From assembly GCA_965215505.1 (NCBI GenBank), contig OZ244065.1, positions 2,336,001 through 2,400,000 on the forward strand: 64,000 nt of DNA, written 5' to 3'. Shown here piece by piece: positions 17,356 through 27,205 of this stretch. Position 1 is the first letter of the stretch, and every line of letters starts with the position of its first letter. Source of the DNA: Capsulimonadaceae bacterium (lineage in GTDB: Bacteria; Armatimonadota; Armatimonadia; Armatimonadales; Capsulimonadaceae). The notes under the pieces were generated by a model. That model did no database searches and had not been told where the DNA came from. It saw only the letters and a list, made by a program, of their open reading frames with translations. The position numbers were made by a program, and so were the translations under genes.

Positions 17356-18008
17356 GGGCGGGCCTTCGGCGTGCTGATAGTGGGCGCGACGACGTACAGC
17401 GGGACCAGGCCGAGCGGGTCATCCGTGTCACCCGACGCCAGCCGTCGGGCGGCGATACGCGCCAGACCCTCGGGCGGCGTCCAGGGCTGTGCGAGCGACC
17501 GCCCCGCCCAGTCTGGCAGCAGGTGCGGTGCCCCGCACACGATGACGCCGGCCATCTCGCCAAGCCGCCCGGCCAGCGCCTCGATTGGGGCCGCAAACGG
17601 CTCCTCCACGGTCTGGCCGCTCCAGTAGACGGCGGCATAGACCTCGCCGCGCCGGGACGGCAGAACCGGCACGACAGAAGCGTCGCCAGATGTCATCCAG
17701 ACGGCGGCATAGGCGTCCAGTGTGCCAATACCGACCAGAGGCTTCCCCGTCACCTGTGCCAGCGTCTTGGCCGTCGTGACGCCGACCCGGACGCCCGTAA
17801 AGGAACCCGGCCCCAAGCCGACAGCGAAGGCCGTCAGGTCCGGTAGCGTCAGCCCATTGCGCGTCAGCAGGCTGTCCAGCTCCCCCATCAGCCGCCGCGA
17901 AAGGGTGCGGCGGCCCTCAAAGACGGTGACTGCCTTGACTGTGCCGTCGTCTTCCGCCAACGCCAGTACGCACATCTCGCCGCTCGTGTCAAACGCGAGG
18001 AAAGTCAC
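17352..18008 (-). CDS. tsaB: tRNA t6A biosynthesis protein TsaB
   Basis: LAFDTS, AVGLGPGSFTGVRVGVTTAKTLA, RRGEVY and PLY. Confidence 0.95.
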   Translation of the reverse strand: MTFLAFDTSGEMCVLALAEDDGTVKAVTVFEGRRTLSRRLMGELDSLLTRNGLTLPDLTAFAVGLGPGSFTGVRVGVTTAKTLAQVTGKPLVGIGTLDAYAAVWMTSGDASVVPVLPSRRGEVYAAVYWSGQTVEEPFAAPIEALAGRLGEMAGVIVCGAPHLLPDWAGRSLAQPWTPPEGLARIAARRLASGDTDDPLGLVPLYVVAPTISTPKARP

Positions 18009-18718
18009 AGTGTCCCGCCTTCCAGCCAGTTGCTCCAGTGCGTGTTCGGCGGCAGTGTCGGCTTGTAGCGCATTGGGTCGCCGGAAACGAAAACGTCAGC
18101 AATCATCTGGAAAGCCTCGTTTCCGCTCGGCAGTTCGTCTTCAACAACATCGGGATGATGCCATTCGTCCAAGCGAAGCACGAGGGGCAAGTCGAAAGGC
18201 AGCCTCTGCCTGAGTTCTTCCTCAGTCGCGAGCAGCAGCGCGTGGTGTTCAGGGAGAAGGCTTCTAACCAGTTCGGTGATGGTAACACCGCCACTGTCCC
18301 AGGTGTCTTCCCCTATGCCTTTTTCCAGAAGATGCTTCATGGAAACGTCGTAAGCAATAGTTTTGCCGCGAACACGAAGAGACCCTTTCTCTTGCTGAAC
18401 GTCCCAGCGGTCTTCCTCGTCGAAGATGGGATTGTTGAGAGGGTCGTCCAAAACAGCGACGATCCCGTCGTCGGCAAGACCAGCAGGATGAGCGAAACAA
18501 TTGCCATAGCAATGCAGGGCGTTGTAGACGCCACTCGCTCTGAAGTTAGAGCCAAGGGTTTCGATAATCAAGGCCCAGTATGCCTCGGTCCTGTATGCGC
18601 TCAGACGTACATCCGCCAAATATACATAGCCATTATCAAGCATCGGGAATGTGAAGTCGGGGCAACACGCATCAAGTTGGCTGAGGATTTCGCCTTGCGT
18701 GTACGCAGTTTGACTCAT
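18005..18718 (-). CDS. hypothetical protein (DUF7003-like), lower GC
   Basis: FPMLDNGYVYLADVRLSAYR...LDEWHHPD...PNTHWSNW. Overlaps tsaE (ATGA) and tsaB (GTGA). The family name is from recall. Confidence 0.65.
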   Translation of the reverse strand: MSQTAYTQGEILSQLDACCPDFTFPMLDNGYVYLADVRLSAYRTEAYWALIIETLGSNFRASGVYNALHCYGNCFAHPAGLADDGIVAVLDDPLNNPIFDEEDRWDVQQEKGSLRVRGKTIAYDVSMKHLLEKGIGEDTWDSGGVTITELVRSLLPEHHALLLATEEELRQRLPFDLPLVLRLDEWHHPDVVEDELPSGNEAFQMIADVFVSGDPMRYKPTLPPNTHWSNWLEGGTL

Positions 18719-19188
18719 GATGACCCTCGAAGCGAGGACAAGACTTCTTCGAGCCATGCCCCGTGCGCCGTCATCACGATGCGCCGCCTGTCCGGCCCTT
18801 CCACCGTCAAGGCAATGTCTATCCGGTCGGGCGGCAGGGCATCGGCGATCAGGTCGGCCCACTCGATGACGACTACGCCCTCGCCGCTCAGGTATTCGTC
18901 GAACGCTAAATCGTACAGACCGGACGAGTCGGGCAGGCGGTAGACGTCGAAGTGGTACAGGGGGACGCGCCCGCCGGGGTGTTCGGCCAGCAATGTGAAG
19001 GTGGGGGAGTTGACCGGCTCCTCCGGGGGCAGGCCGAGGCCCAGCGCCAGGCCCTGCGTCCAGGTCGTCTTGCCCGCGCCCAGGTCGCCGATGAGGCAGA
19101 GAACATCGCCCGGCCGGAGCAGGGAGCCGAGGGCGGCGGCCAGGGCGCGGGTTTCGTCCGCACTGTTCGTTTCAAAGGCGCGCGTCAT
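18715..19188 (-). CDS. tsaE: tRNA t6A biosynthesis ATPase TsaE
   Basis: GDLGAGKT, SPTFTL, YHFDVYRL and IEW. Confidence 0.96.
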   Translation of the reverse strand: MTRAFETNSADETRALAAALGSLLRPGDVLCLIGDLGAGKTTWTQGLALGLGLPPEEPVNSPTFTLLAEHPGGRVPLYHFDVYRLPDSSGLYDLAFDEYLSGEGVVVIEWADLIADALPPDRIDIALTVEGPDRRRIVMTAHGAWLEEVLSSLRGSS

Positions 19189-19198
19189 AAGGAGTCAA

Positions 19199-20203
19199 TC
19201 ATGGGGCGAAGTGGTCCCAGCCGCGCCGCTGCGTCGGCATCTCCTCGCCGCCGGGGCCGAGGATGTGGAAGCCCGCACGGAGGACTTCCCCGATGGGGGT
19301 CAGGACGGTCCCGGCGACGGCGGCCTGGACGGCCTCCACGTCGCCCGGCGCGACGGCCAGCAGGAGTTCGCAGCACTCGCCGCCGTCGAGGGCCATGTCG
19401 AGCGGGGACTGGCCGAGTTCTTTGGCTACGGCCTGCACCGCCTCGGAGAGCGGCAGGGCGGCGGCGTTGATCCTCGCGCCCACGCCCGAGGCCGCGCAGA
19501 GCTTGGGCAGGTCGCCCGCCAGGCCGTCGCTGATGTCCATGGCGGCGTGGATACAGCCGGTCATGCGGGCGGCCCGCCCGGCGACGATCCGGGGCTGCGG
19601 GCGTCGGTGGGACTGGACCGCGTCGTGGCTGACCTTCTCGGCCTGCGCCGCACCGCACTGCATGAGCAGGGCGAGGCCGGCGGCGGAGTCGCCCAAAGTC
19701 CCCGTGGTCAACAGGGTGTCGCCGACCTTCGCACCCGTGCGGGTCAGAGCCGCCCCGCGCGGGACGGTCCCGAGCTGCGTGACGCTGATGACAAGCCCCG
19801 TTCCGGCCGAGTTCGTGTCGCCGCCCGCCAGACGCGAACCGTAGCGGTTGAGGCAGTCGCACAGCCCGTCATAAAGCCGCTCCAGCCACTCGACCGTTTC
19901 TCCCGCAGGCAGGGCCAGTGAGACGAAGGTGAAGGTCGGGTCCGCCCCCATCGCCGCGATGTCCGAGAGGTTGACGGCGGCGGCCTTCCACCCGATCGAA
20001 TAGGGGTCGCTCCAGTCTCGGCGGAAGTGGACCCCTTCGACCAAGGCGTCGGTCGTGACGACGACCTGCCGGTCAGCGGGGACATCCAGCACGGCGGCGT
20101 CGTCACCGATGGGCACGGCGAGGCTATCCGCCTTCGCCCCCGCGAAGGTGGCGCGGATGTGGTCAATGAAGCCGAACTCGCCGCCGATGTCGGAGATTCG
20201 CAT
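19199..20203 (-). CDS. thiL: thiamine-monophosphate kinase
   Basis: GEFGFI, IGDDAAV, TTDALVEGVHF, VNLSDIAAMG, DISDGL and GWDHF. Confidence 0.95.
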   Translation of the reverse strand: MRISDIGGEFGFIDHIRATFAGAKADSLAVPIGDDAAVLDVPADRQVVVTTDALVEGVHFRRDWSDPYSIGWKAAAVNLSDIAAMGADPTFTFVSLALPAGETVEWLERLYDGLCDCLNRYGSRLAGGDTNSAGTGLVISVTQLGTVPRGAALTRTGAKVGDTLLTTGTLGDSAAGLALLMQCGAAQAEKVSHDAVQSHRRPQPRIVAGRAARMTGCIHAAMDISDGLAGDLPKLCAASGVGARINAAALPLSEAVQAVAKELGQSPLDMALDGGECCELLLAVAPGDVEAVQAAVAGTVLTPIGEVLRAGFHILGPGGEEMPTQRRGWDHFAP

Positions 20204-20211
20204 GGGATGAC

Positions 20212-21177
20212 CTAACCGCCCCAGTTCCACATGATCGGGTTGTTGTCCAGCCGGTCGGTGACGGTGCGGCCCACCTCGTCGATCATCTCCAGGTCGTCCT
20301 CGTCTATCTCCACGTCGCCCGCGACCGCGTTCTGGGTCGCCTGCTCGGCGTTACGCGCGCCGACGATGGCCGAGGTCATCGGCTGGGCGATGAGCCAGCC
20401 CAGCGACAACTGCCCAACCGTCACGCCGTACTTGTCGGCGAGGGGCCGCAGCCTGTCCAGCGCGTTCAGGGCGCGGTCGTAGTTCTCGCCCTGGAACAGC
20501 TTGTTCCCCGCCCGATTGTCGCCCTCTTCAAACTTGTGGCCGCGCCCAAACTTGCCGGTCAGAAGCCCCTGCGCCAGCGGCGAGTAGGCGATGATGGAGA
20601 TCTTGTTGTCGATGCAGTATGGCGCGGCGTCCGCCTCGACCTGCCGCCAGAACAGCGAGTAGGGAGGCTGGATGCTGTCCACGCGCCCCACGGCGGCGGC
20701 CTCTTCGAGCTGGGCGCGGCTGAAGTTCGAAACGCCGATGGCCCGAATCTTGCCCTGCTGCTTCAGTTCATTCAGCGCCCCCATCGTCTCCCCGATGGGC
20801 ACGACGTCCGAGCCGAACGACCCCGACGGCCAGTGGATCTGGTACAGGTCTATCCGGTCCGTCCCCAGGTTCTTCAAAGACCGCTCGCAGGCTTCGATCA
20901 CCTGGTCGTGCTTGAGGTGGTCGGCGAAGACCTTGGTGGCGATGACGATCTGGTCGCGCTTGTCGCCGAGCGCCTGTGCCAAAATCCGCTCGCTGTAGCC
21001 CTCGCCGTAGGCCTCGGCGGTGTCGAAGGTCGTGATACCGCTGTCGAAGGCGGCCCGGTGGGCGGCGACCGTGTCGTCGTCATTGATGCTGGTCCAGCCG
21101 GACTTGCCGGCCTGCCACCCGCCGAAGATGATCGCGCTCATTTCGATCTTGGTCCGCCCGAGCTGTCGGTGCTGCAT
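20212..21177 (-). CDS. aldo/keto reductase
   Basis: FDTAEAYG, IATK, IDLYQIHWP, IGVSNF and YSPLAQGLL. Confidence 0.93.
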   Translation of the reverse strand: MQHRQLGRTKIEMSAIIFGGWQAGKSGWTSINDDDTVAAHRAAFDSGITTFDTAEAYGEGYSERILAQALGDKRDQIVIATKVFADHLKHDQVIEACERSLKNLGTDRIDLYQIHWPSGSFGSDVVPIGETMGALNELKQQGKIRAIGVSNFSRAQLEEAAAVGRVDSIQPPYSLFWRQVEADAAPYCIDNKISIIAYSPLAQGLLTGKFGRGHKFEEGDNRAGNKLFQGENYDRALNALDRLRPLADKYGVTVGQLSLGWLIAQPMTSAIVGARNAEQATQNAVAGDVEIDEDDLEMIDEVGRTVTDRLDNNPIMWNWGG

Positions 21178-21524
21178 GTGAAAAGTCCCTTTCGGACAAA
21201 AAGTGTGTGGAGTGTCTTGGTGTGAAGTGTCTTGCGGCTATTATGCCCTATTTGGAGAGCAAATGAAAAGAGGAGGCAAAGAAAAGCCGCGCGCCTGACT
21301 GCGGGGAGCCTTCAACGTCATGCCGTATGCGCGCCATGACGGGTTTGAGAGCGCCATCGTCTCTTCACAACTTCTTCACAATTCTCCTATACAGTGCCAT
21401 TGTAACAATCCGCAAGGAGTGGTCTGTAGCCTCAGTCATGCCTCACGGGCGACTGTCTCTTATGAGGAAGTTCAGGTTTTCGATGCCGCCGATGCAGCGA
21501 AGTTTTCGGTCAAAGGAGAGGAAA

Positions 21525-22961
21525 ATGAAAGCGCGCACTCAATCTTTAGGCTTCCTGGCAACTACCGGCGCCCTTGTCGGCGTCTTTTCAGTAGCATCTC
21601 TAGGAGGCCCGCCGCCGGGTGGTCGTTATGTGTCAGTCGCCCAGGACCCCGGCATTCGGGGCGGGGCGGCAGGCGCGGGAGGCACATTCCCCGTTCTCGA
21701 CGCCGCAAGTCCGGCACGGAATGCGGCAGATAAAGCGTTCTTTCAGGCCGCAGCACTCCGCTTCCGGGAAGCCGATTCCGTTTCCGGAACGATGCCGGAG
21801 GAATTAGGGATCGGCCTGGGGCCACGCTTCAATGGCAATAGCTGTGCCCAATGTCATGCATTCCCGGCCATCGGCGGGACAAGCCCCCTCGTGAATCCCT
21901 TGGTCGCCGGTGACTTTGCCCATCTGGACGGTGCCGCGAACCCTGTCAACCTTTCCGGGATACTGAGCCTCCACGGACCGATCCGCGAGGTCCGGCGGAT
22001 CACCGATCCGGCCACGGGGATGCCCGACGGCAGCGTCGCCGACCTCTTCACGATCCGGGGCCGGTCGGACGCGCCGGGGGCCACGGCCGCGCAGATGGAT
22101 TTCCCCAGGCAGCTCGCGAGCAACAACCTCAGCTTCCGCATCCCGACGCCCCTCTTCGGCCTCGGCCTGGTCGAGTCCACCTCGGACGCGGCGCTGCGGG
22201 CGAACCTCAGCGCCACCGCAGCACAGAGGGCCGCCCTGGGCATCGGCGGCCGGTTTAACTACAACGGCAATAACCAGACGATCACGCGGTTCGGCTGGAA
22301 GGCCAAGAATCAGTCGCTGCTCATGTTCGCCGGCGAAGCCTACAGCGTCGAGCAAGGCGTCAGCAACGAACTCTTCCAGAGCGAGCGCTTCACGCCCACC
22401 GAGGACCCCACGGTCATCGCGGACAGCACGTTCAACGGAGCCGGCGAGGACTGTACAAACGTCTCGGTAGGCAATGCGACCACCGGCACCGCGTCGGACA
22501 TGTCCTCGGACATCGTCAACTTCGCCGCCTTCATCCGGCTGCTCGCCCCGCCGGCCTCCACGACAACCACGTCCTCTCAGCTCGTGGGCAGTCGTCTGTT
22601 CGCCCAGGTCGGCTGCCAATGCTGCCACTCGCCCAGCCTGACGACGGCGAAGGCGTCCTTCCCGGCGCTGTCGGACGTGACGTACCACCCCTACTCGGAC
22701 TTCATGATCCATCACATGGGGTCCGGCCTGGCCGACGGGGTTTCCCAGGGGGAGGCCGGGCCAGATGAGTTCCGCACGGTACCGCTGTGGGGCGTCGGCC
22801 AGCGGACGTTCTTCCTGCATGACGGAAGGACCGATGACATCATTCAGGCGATCCAGGCCCACGCGGGTAACGGTTCGGAAGCCAACGGCGTCATTCGCGG
22901 CTTCGACCGGCTTCCCGCGGGTCAGCAACAGGACATGGTCAACTTCCTGCGCTCACTCTGA
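21525..22961 (+). CDS. di-heme oxidoreductase (DHOR/DUF1111-like)
   Basis: GLGPRFN..CAQCH, TPLFGLGL, RFGWKA, CQCCH, PYSDF, FRTVPLWG and FLHDGR. The ATG at 21525 follows AGGAGAGG. Confidence 0.85.
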   Translation: MKARTQSLGFLATTGALVGVFSVASLGGPPPGGRYVSVAQDPGIRGGAAGAGGTFPVLDAASPARNAADKAFFQAAALRFREADSVSGTMPEELGIGLGPRFNGNSCAQCHAFPAIGGTSPLVNPLVAGDFAHLDGAANPVNLSGILSLHGPIREVRRITDPATGMPDGSVADLFTIRGRSDAPGATAAQMDFPRQLASNNLSFRIPTPLFGLGLVESTSDAALRANLSATAAQRAALGIGGRFNYNGNNQTITRFGWKAKNQSLLMFAGEAYSVEQGVSNELFQSERFTPTEDPTVIADSTFNGAGEDCTNVSVGNATTGTASDMSSDIVNFAAFIRLLAPPASTTTTSSQLVGSRLFAQVGCQCCHSPSLTTAKASFPALSDVTYHPYSDFMIHHMGSGLADGVSQGEAGPDEFRTVPLWGVGQRTFFLHDGRTDDIIQAIQAHAGNGSEANGVIRGFDRLPAGQQQDMVNFLRSL

Positions 22962-22994
22962 CCGCAGAACTGACCGGCCGGCCACGGCCAACAA

Positions 22995-23024
22995 AAAGGC
23001 CCGGCGCTTTCGCGCCGGGCCTTT
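22995..23024. terminator. bidirectional terminator
   Basis: AAAGGCCCGGCGC-TTTC-GCGCCGGGCCTTT between convergent genes. Confidence 0.85.
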
Positions 23025-23035
23025 CCGTCAACCGT

Positions 23036-24346
23036 CTACTCCATCAGGGACAGCGGGTTTTGCAGGAGCCGCTTCAGCTCTTGCAGGAACTTCGCGCCGG
23101 TCGCCCCGTCCATGACCCGGTGGTCGCCGCTGAAGGTCAGGTTCATGCGCGGGCGGGCGGCGAGGGTGCCGTCGCCCAGCACGACGGCCTTTTGGGTGAT
23201 GCTGGAGACGGCCAGGATCGCGCCCTGGGCCGGGTCAATGATGGCGGTGAAGCTCTCCACGTCGAACGGGCCGAGGTTGGAAACGGTGAAGGTGCCGCCG
23301 CTGTACTCGGAGGGCTGGAGTTTCTTGTCGCGGGCCTTCTTGACCAGCGACTTGCTTGCCTCGGCCAGCTTGCGGAGGGGGAGCGTGTCGGCGTCGCGGA
23401 TGACCGGCACGATCAGGCCGTCGTCGAGGGCGACGGCGACGCCGACGTGGAAGCCCGCGCCGGGGTAGACCTTGTCGTCCTTAAAGGCGGCATTGACGGC
23501 GGGGAACTTGACGAGCGCCTTGGCGGTGGCCTTGACGATCATGTCGTTGAGTGTGATCTTGGTCAAGGTCTCATCATAGGCGTTCAGCCGCTCGCGCAGG
23601 GCCATCGCCTCGGCCATGTCCACTTCCGAGGTGATGTAGAAGTGCGGGATGGTGGTCTTGCTCTCCACCATGCGCCGCGCGATGACCTTCCGCATGGCGG
23701 ACAGCTCAGTCGGGACGGTGAGCGGCGCGGGGGTCGTGTCCGCCCGCTTCTGCGGCGCGGCGGGCGTCGCTTGCGAGGGCGGCAGGTCGGCCTGCACGGC
23801 GGTCGAGGGGGCGGCGGTCATCGGCTGGGCCGGGGCGGCAGGCGCGCTTTCGGCGAAGGCCAGCACGTCCGCCTCGATGATGCGGCCCGACGGCCCGGTG
23901 CCTTTGATCTGGGCGATGTCCAGGCCGCGCTGCCGCGCGACGGAGCGGGCGAGCGGCGAGGCTTTCAGCCGGGCGGTGCCGTTCGTCGAGGTGCCGTTCG
24001 TCCCGTGCGCGGACGCCGGGGCGGCGGTTTCGCGTACCACGCTCGGCGAGCGGCTGGGGGCGGCGTCAACCGGACAGGAAGGCGCGACGGCCTCGGCGGG
24101 AGCGGCCTTGGGCGCATCCTCGCCGATCATGGCGATGGCCTTGCCGACGGCGACGACCGCGCCGGGCTGGGCCTGGATGTGCAGCACGCCCGCGTCTTCG
24201 GCCTCGATCTCCACGTTGCTCTTGTCCGTCTCGATCTCGGCGATCACGTCACCGACCGACACCGCCTGGCCGTCCTGCTTCAGCCACTGAATCAGGGTGC
24301 CCTCTTCCATCGCGTCGCCCATCTTGGGCATGATCACTTCTGGCAT
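23036..24346 (-). CDS. pdhC: pyruvate dehydrogenase E2 dihydrolipoamide acetyltransferase
   Basis: Lipoyl domain (ETDKS), E3-binding domain ASPLAR..GTGPSGRI, and DHRVMDG. Confidence 0.94.
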   Translation of the reverse strand: MPEVIMPKMGDAMEEGTLIQWLKQDGQAVSVGDVIAEIETDKSNVEIEAEDAGVLHIQAQPGAVVAVGKAIAMIGEDAPKAAPAEAVAPSCPVDAAPSRSPSVVRETAAPASAHGTNGTSTNGTARLKASPLARSVARQRGLDIAQIKGTGPSGRIIEADVLAFAESAPAAPAQPMTAAPSTAVQADLPPSQATPAAPQKRADTTPAPLTVPTELSAMRKVIARRMVESKTTIPHFYITSEVDMAEAMALRERLNAYDETLTKITLNDMIVKATAKALVKFPAVNAAFKDDKVYPGAGFHVGVAVALDDGLIVPVIRDADTLPLRKLAEASKSLVKKARDKKLQPSEYSGGTFTVSNLGPFDVESFTAIIDPAQGAILAVSSITQKAVVLGDGTLAARPRMNLTFSGDHRVMDGATGAKFLQELKRLLQNPLSLME

Positions 24347-24356
24347 AAGTTGTTTC

Positions 24357-25793
24357 CTAACCGTTCCGCGCCAGTGTCTTCTTGACGGCGGCGATGATGT
24401 CGGCCTCGTGCGGGGTGGCGGCAAGCTCCAGGGCGCGAGAGTACGGCATCGGGGTGAACGAGCCGGCGACCCGCTCGACCGGGGCGTCGAGGTAGTCAAA
24501 CGCCTCGGTGCTGATCTGGGCGGCGAACTCGGCGGCGACGCCATAGAAGAGCCACTGCTCCTGCACGACGACCGCACGGTGCGTCTTCTTGACGCTCTTG
24601 ATCACCGTCTCGATGTCCAGCGGCTGGAGCGAGCGCAGGTCCACGACCTCGGCGCTGATGCCCTCCTCCGCGAGCTGCTCGGCGGCGGCGAGGGCCAGCA
24701 TGGTGCCGCGCGAGTAGGAAATGATCGAAACGTCGGTGCCTTCACGTTTGACGTCGGCCAGGCCGATGGGAACGATGAACTCCGGGTCGGTCGGCACGTC
24801 GCCCTTGGTGCGGTACAGGCCGGCGTGTTCGGTGAAGACGACCGGGTTGTTGTCCCGGACGGCCGCTTTGAGCAGGCCTTTGGCGTCGGCGGGCGTCGCG
24901 GGCACGACCACTTTCAGGCCGGGCGTGTTGGCATACCAGTGGGCGAGGTCCTGGGAGTGCTGGGCGGAGAGCTGGACGCCCACCCCGCCCGGCCCGCGCA
25001 AGACGCAGGGGACGCTGTACTGGCCGCCACTCATATAGAGAATTTTGGCGGCGTGGTTGATAATGCCGTCCCAGGCGACCAGGGCAAAGTTCAGGGTCAT
25101 GAACTCGATGATGGGCCGCAGGCCCATCATGGCCGAGCCGACCGTCATGCCTACCATGCCCGCCTCGGAAATCGGGGTGTCCACGATGCGCTCGGGGCCG
25201 TACTTCTGCAAGAAGTCCTTGGTGATCTTGAACGTCCCCTGGTACTGGCCGATCTCCTCGCCGAGCATAAAGACCTTCTCGTCCCGGTCCAGTTCTTCCT
25301 GGAGGGCCAGCCGGATGGCGTCGGCGTAGGTCATGTTCTCGGTCTGGCCGGTCGGCTCGTGGCTGTGGACGGACGGGGAAATGTCCTGGATGTCCTTGTC
25401 GTCGCTGTTGTCCACCCGGAACTGCGTGCCCTCACCGCCGTGGACCGATTGTGGGTCTTTGGTGGGGTCCGCCTCCGGCTTCGAGCCGTTCGTGCCGTTG
25501 CCGGCGGCCTTGGCCGCCGTCCCGTTGCCGTTCGCGGCCGAGCCGTTTGCGGCGGCCTTGACGCTGTCGCCGATGACGGCGATGACCTTGCCGACGGCGA
25601 CGACCGCGCCGGGCTGGGCCTGGATGTGCAGCACGCCCGCGTCTTCGGCCTCGATCTCCACGTTGCTCTTGTCCGTCTCGATCTCGGCGATCACGTCGCC
25701 CGCCGCAACCGTCTCGCCGTCCTGCTTGTGCCAGGAGACCAGCGTTCCTTCTTCCATCGCGTCGCCCATCTTGGGCATGATCACTTCTGCCAT
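24357..25793 (-). CDS. pdhB: pyruvate dehydrogenase E1 beta with N-terminal lipoyl domain
   Basis: Lipoyl ETDKS, then GEEIG..DTPISE..AQHSQ. Confidence 0.94.
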   Translation of the reverse strand: MAEVIMPKMGDAMEEGTLVSWHKQDGETVAAGDVIAEIETDKSNVEIEAEDAGVLHIQAQPGAVVAVGKVIAVIGDSVKAAANGSAANGNGTAAKAAGNGTNGSKPEADPTKDPQSVHGGEGTQFRVDNSDDKDIQDISPSVHSHEPTGQTENMTYADAIRLALQEELDRDEKVFMLGEEIGQYQGTFKITKDFLQKYGPERIVDTPISEAGMVGMTVGSAMMGLRPIIEFMTLNFALVAWDGIINHAAKILYMSGGQYSVPCVLRGPGGVGVQLSAQHSQDLAHWYANTPGLKVVVPATPADAKGLLKAAVRDNNPVVFTEHAGLYRTKGDVPTDPEFIVPIGLADVKREGTDVSIISYSRGTMLALAAAEQLAEEGISAEVVDLRSLQPLDIETVIKSVKKTHRAVVVQEQWLFYGVAAEFAAQISTEAFDYLDAPVERVAGSFTPMPYSRALELAATPHEADIIAAVKKTLARNG

Positions 25794-25852
25794 GTTTTCC
25801 TTCTGTTTCAGACGAAAGGGCGGGGATTTCCCGCCCTGTTCTGCCCTACTTG

Positions 25853-26998
25853 TCAATCGGCGTAAACGTCCTGCGTGAGTTCCTCGATGGAGCAGACGGG
25901 GCTGGTCTCGGCGAAGTCGGCGGCCTGGCGGGCCATGTCAATGGCCTGCTTGTCCATGGTGTCCTTCTTGGCGTCGTCCAGGATGCCGCGCTCGCGCAGC
26001 GTCTTCTCCAAGATCAGCAGGGGGTCGCGGCCCTTCCACTGCTCCGTCTCGGCGGGGTCCCGGTACGTCCCCTGCGTCTCGGCCCCGTCGGCGGCACCGT
26101 GGCCGACGTAGCGGTAGGTGATCGCTTCGAGGAAGTAGGGGGCGGGGTGCTGCCGCATGTTGTCGATGATCTCCTGGGCGGCGGCGCGGACGGCGAAATA
26201 GTCCTGCCCATCCACCTTGGAGTTTGCCATCGCATAGGAATCGGCGCGGGAGGCGAGGTCGGTGTTGGCCGAGGAGCGGTCCACCGATGTGCCCATGGCG
26301 TACTTGTTGTTTTCCAGGACGTACAGGATCGGCAGCTCGTAAAGCTGGGCCATGTTCATGGCCTCGTGGAAGCCGCCCGCGTTCATGGAGCCGTCGCCGA
26401 GGAAGCAGACGCAGATGTTGCCTTTGCCCTTAAACTCGGGCGCGTGCTTCAGCGCCCAGCCGATGCCGACGGCCAGGGGGACGTTGCCGCCGACGATGCC
26501 GTAGCCGCCCGCGAAGCCGTGTTCCTTGTCGAACAGGTGCATCGAGCCGCCCTTGCCGCGCGAGATGCCCGTGCCCTTGCCGTAGATCTCCGCCATCAGC
26601 TTGTTCGGGTCGCTGCCCAGGATCATGCAGTGGGCGTGGTCCCGGTACGACGACAGGGCCTGATCGCCCGGCTGGTAGGAGCTGAGGACGCCCAGCGAAA
26701 CCGCCTCCTGGCCGATGTAGAGGTGCAGGTAGCCGCCGACCTTACCGGCGCGGAAGCCGCGCTCGCATTGCTGCTCGAAGTGGCGGATGTCCAGCATCTG
26801 CTGGTAGGTGTGCAGGAGGTCCGCGTCGCTGAGTTTGAGCGACTTGATGACGGCGTCCGCCGAGGTCGGCTCCAGGCCGACGCTGTGCGCGTCATAGCGG
26901 GGAGCGCGCAGTTTCGCGCCCTTGCTGCCGTTCTTTTCGCTGTTCTTGTCACTGCCTTTATGGGTCTTGTGCGGAGGCGCGGCGGGGCTTGCTGCCAT
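25853..26998 (-). CDS. pdhA: pyruvate dehydrogenase E1 alpha
   Basis: HLYIGQEA, GKGGSMHL, the TPP motif GDG..ENN, and TYRYVGH. Confidence 0.95.
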   Translation of the reverse strand: MAASPAAPPHKTHKGSDKNSEKNGSKGAKLRAPRYDAHSVGLEPTSADAVIKSLKLSDADLLHTYQQMLDIRHFEQQCERGFRAGKVGGYLHLYIGQEAVSLGVLSSYQPGDQALSSYRDHAHCMILGSDPNKLMAEIYGKGTGISRGKGGSMHLFDKEHGFAGGYGIVGGNVPLAVGIGWALKHAPEFKGKGNICVCFLGDGSMNAGGFHEAMNMAQLYELPILYVLENNKYAMGTSVDRSSANTDLASRADSYAMANSKVDGQDYFAVRAAAQEIIDNMRQHPAPYFLEAITYRYVGHGAADGAETQGTYRDPAETEQWKGRDPLLILEKTLRERGILDDAKKDTMDKQAIDMARQAADFAETSPVCSIEELTQDVYAD

Positions 26999-27134
26999 GG
27001 GGGTTAAACCTCTTATGTCTAGAATAAACGTCGCGTTAGGTCGGTGCGTTACATCAATGCATTACATCAGTTGGGAGTTCGGGAAGCGGGTCCCAATCAA
27101 GCTTGGGGCCGGTTGTCGTTCGGAAAGCCCCTGT

Positions 27135-27164
27135 ATTATAGCGTCATCGGGCGGGCGGTGTCAA
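27135..27164 (-). promoter_or_regulatory. sigma70 promoter of pdhABC
   Basis: Minus strand TTGACA-N18-TATAAT. Confidence 0.75.
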
Positions 27165-27205
27165 GGAACGGGACTACCGGCTTTGGTGAGCATACCCAAA
27201 AACGG

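Noticed and set aside
15307-17628. Long antisense ORFs (also 29970-31811, 41403-43721, 55308-57350, 57477-59060)
   Set aside because: They are shadow frames of recognised genes in high-GC DNA and show no protein motifs.
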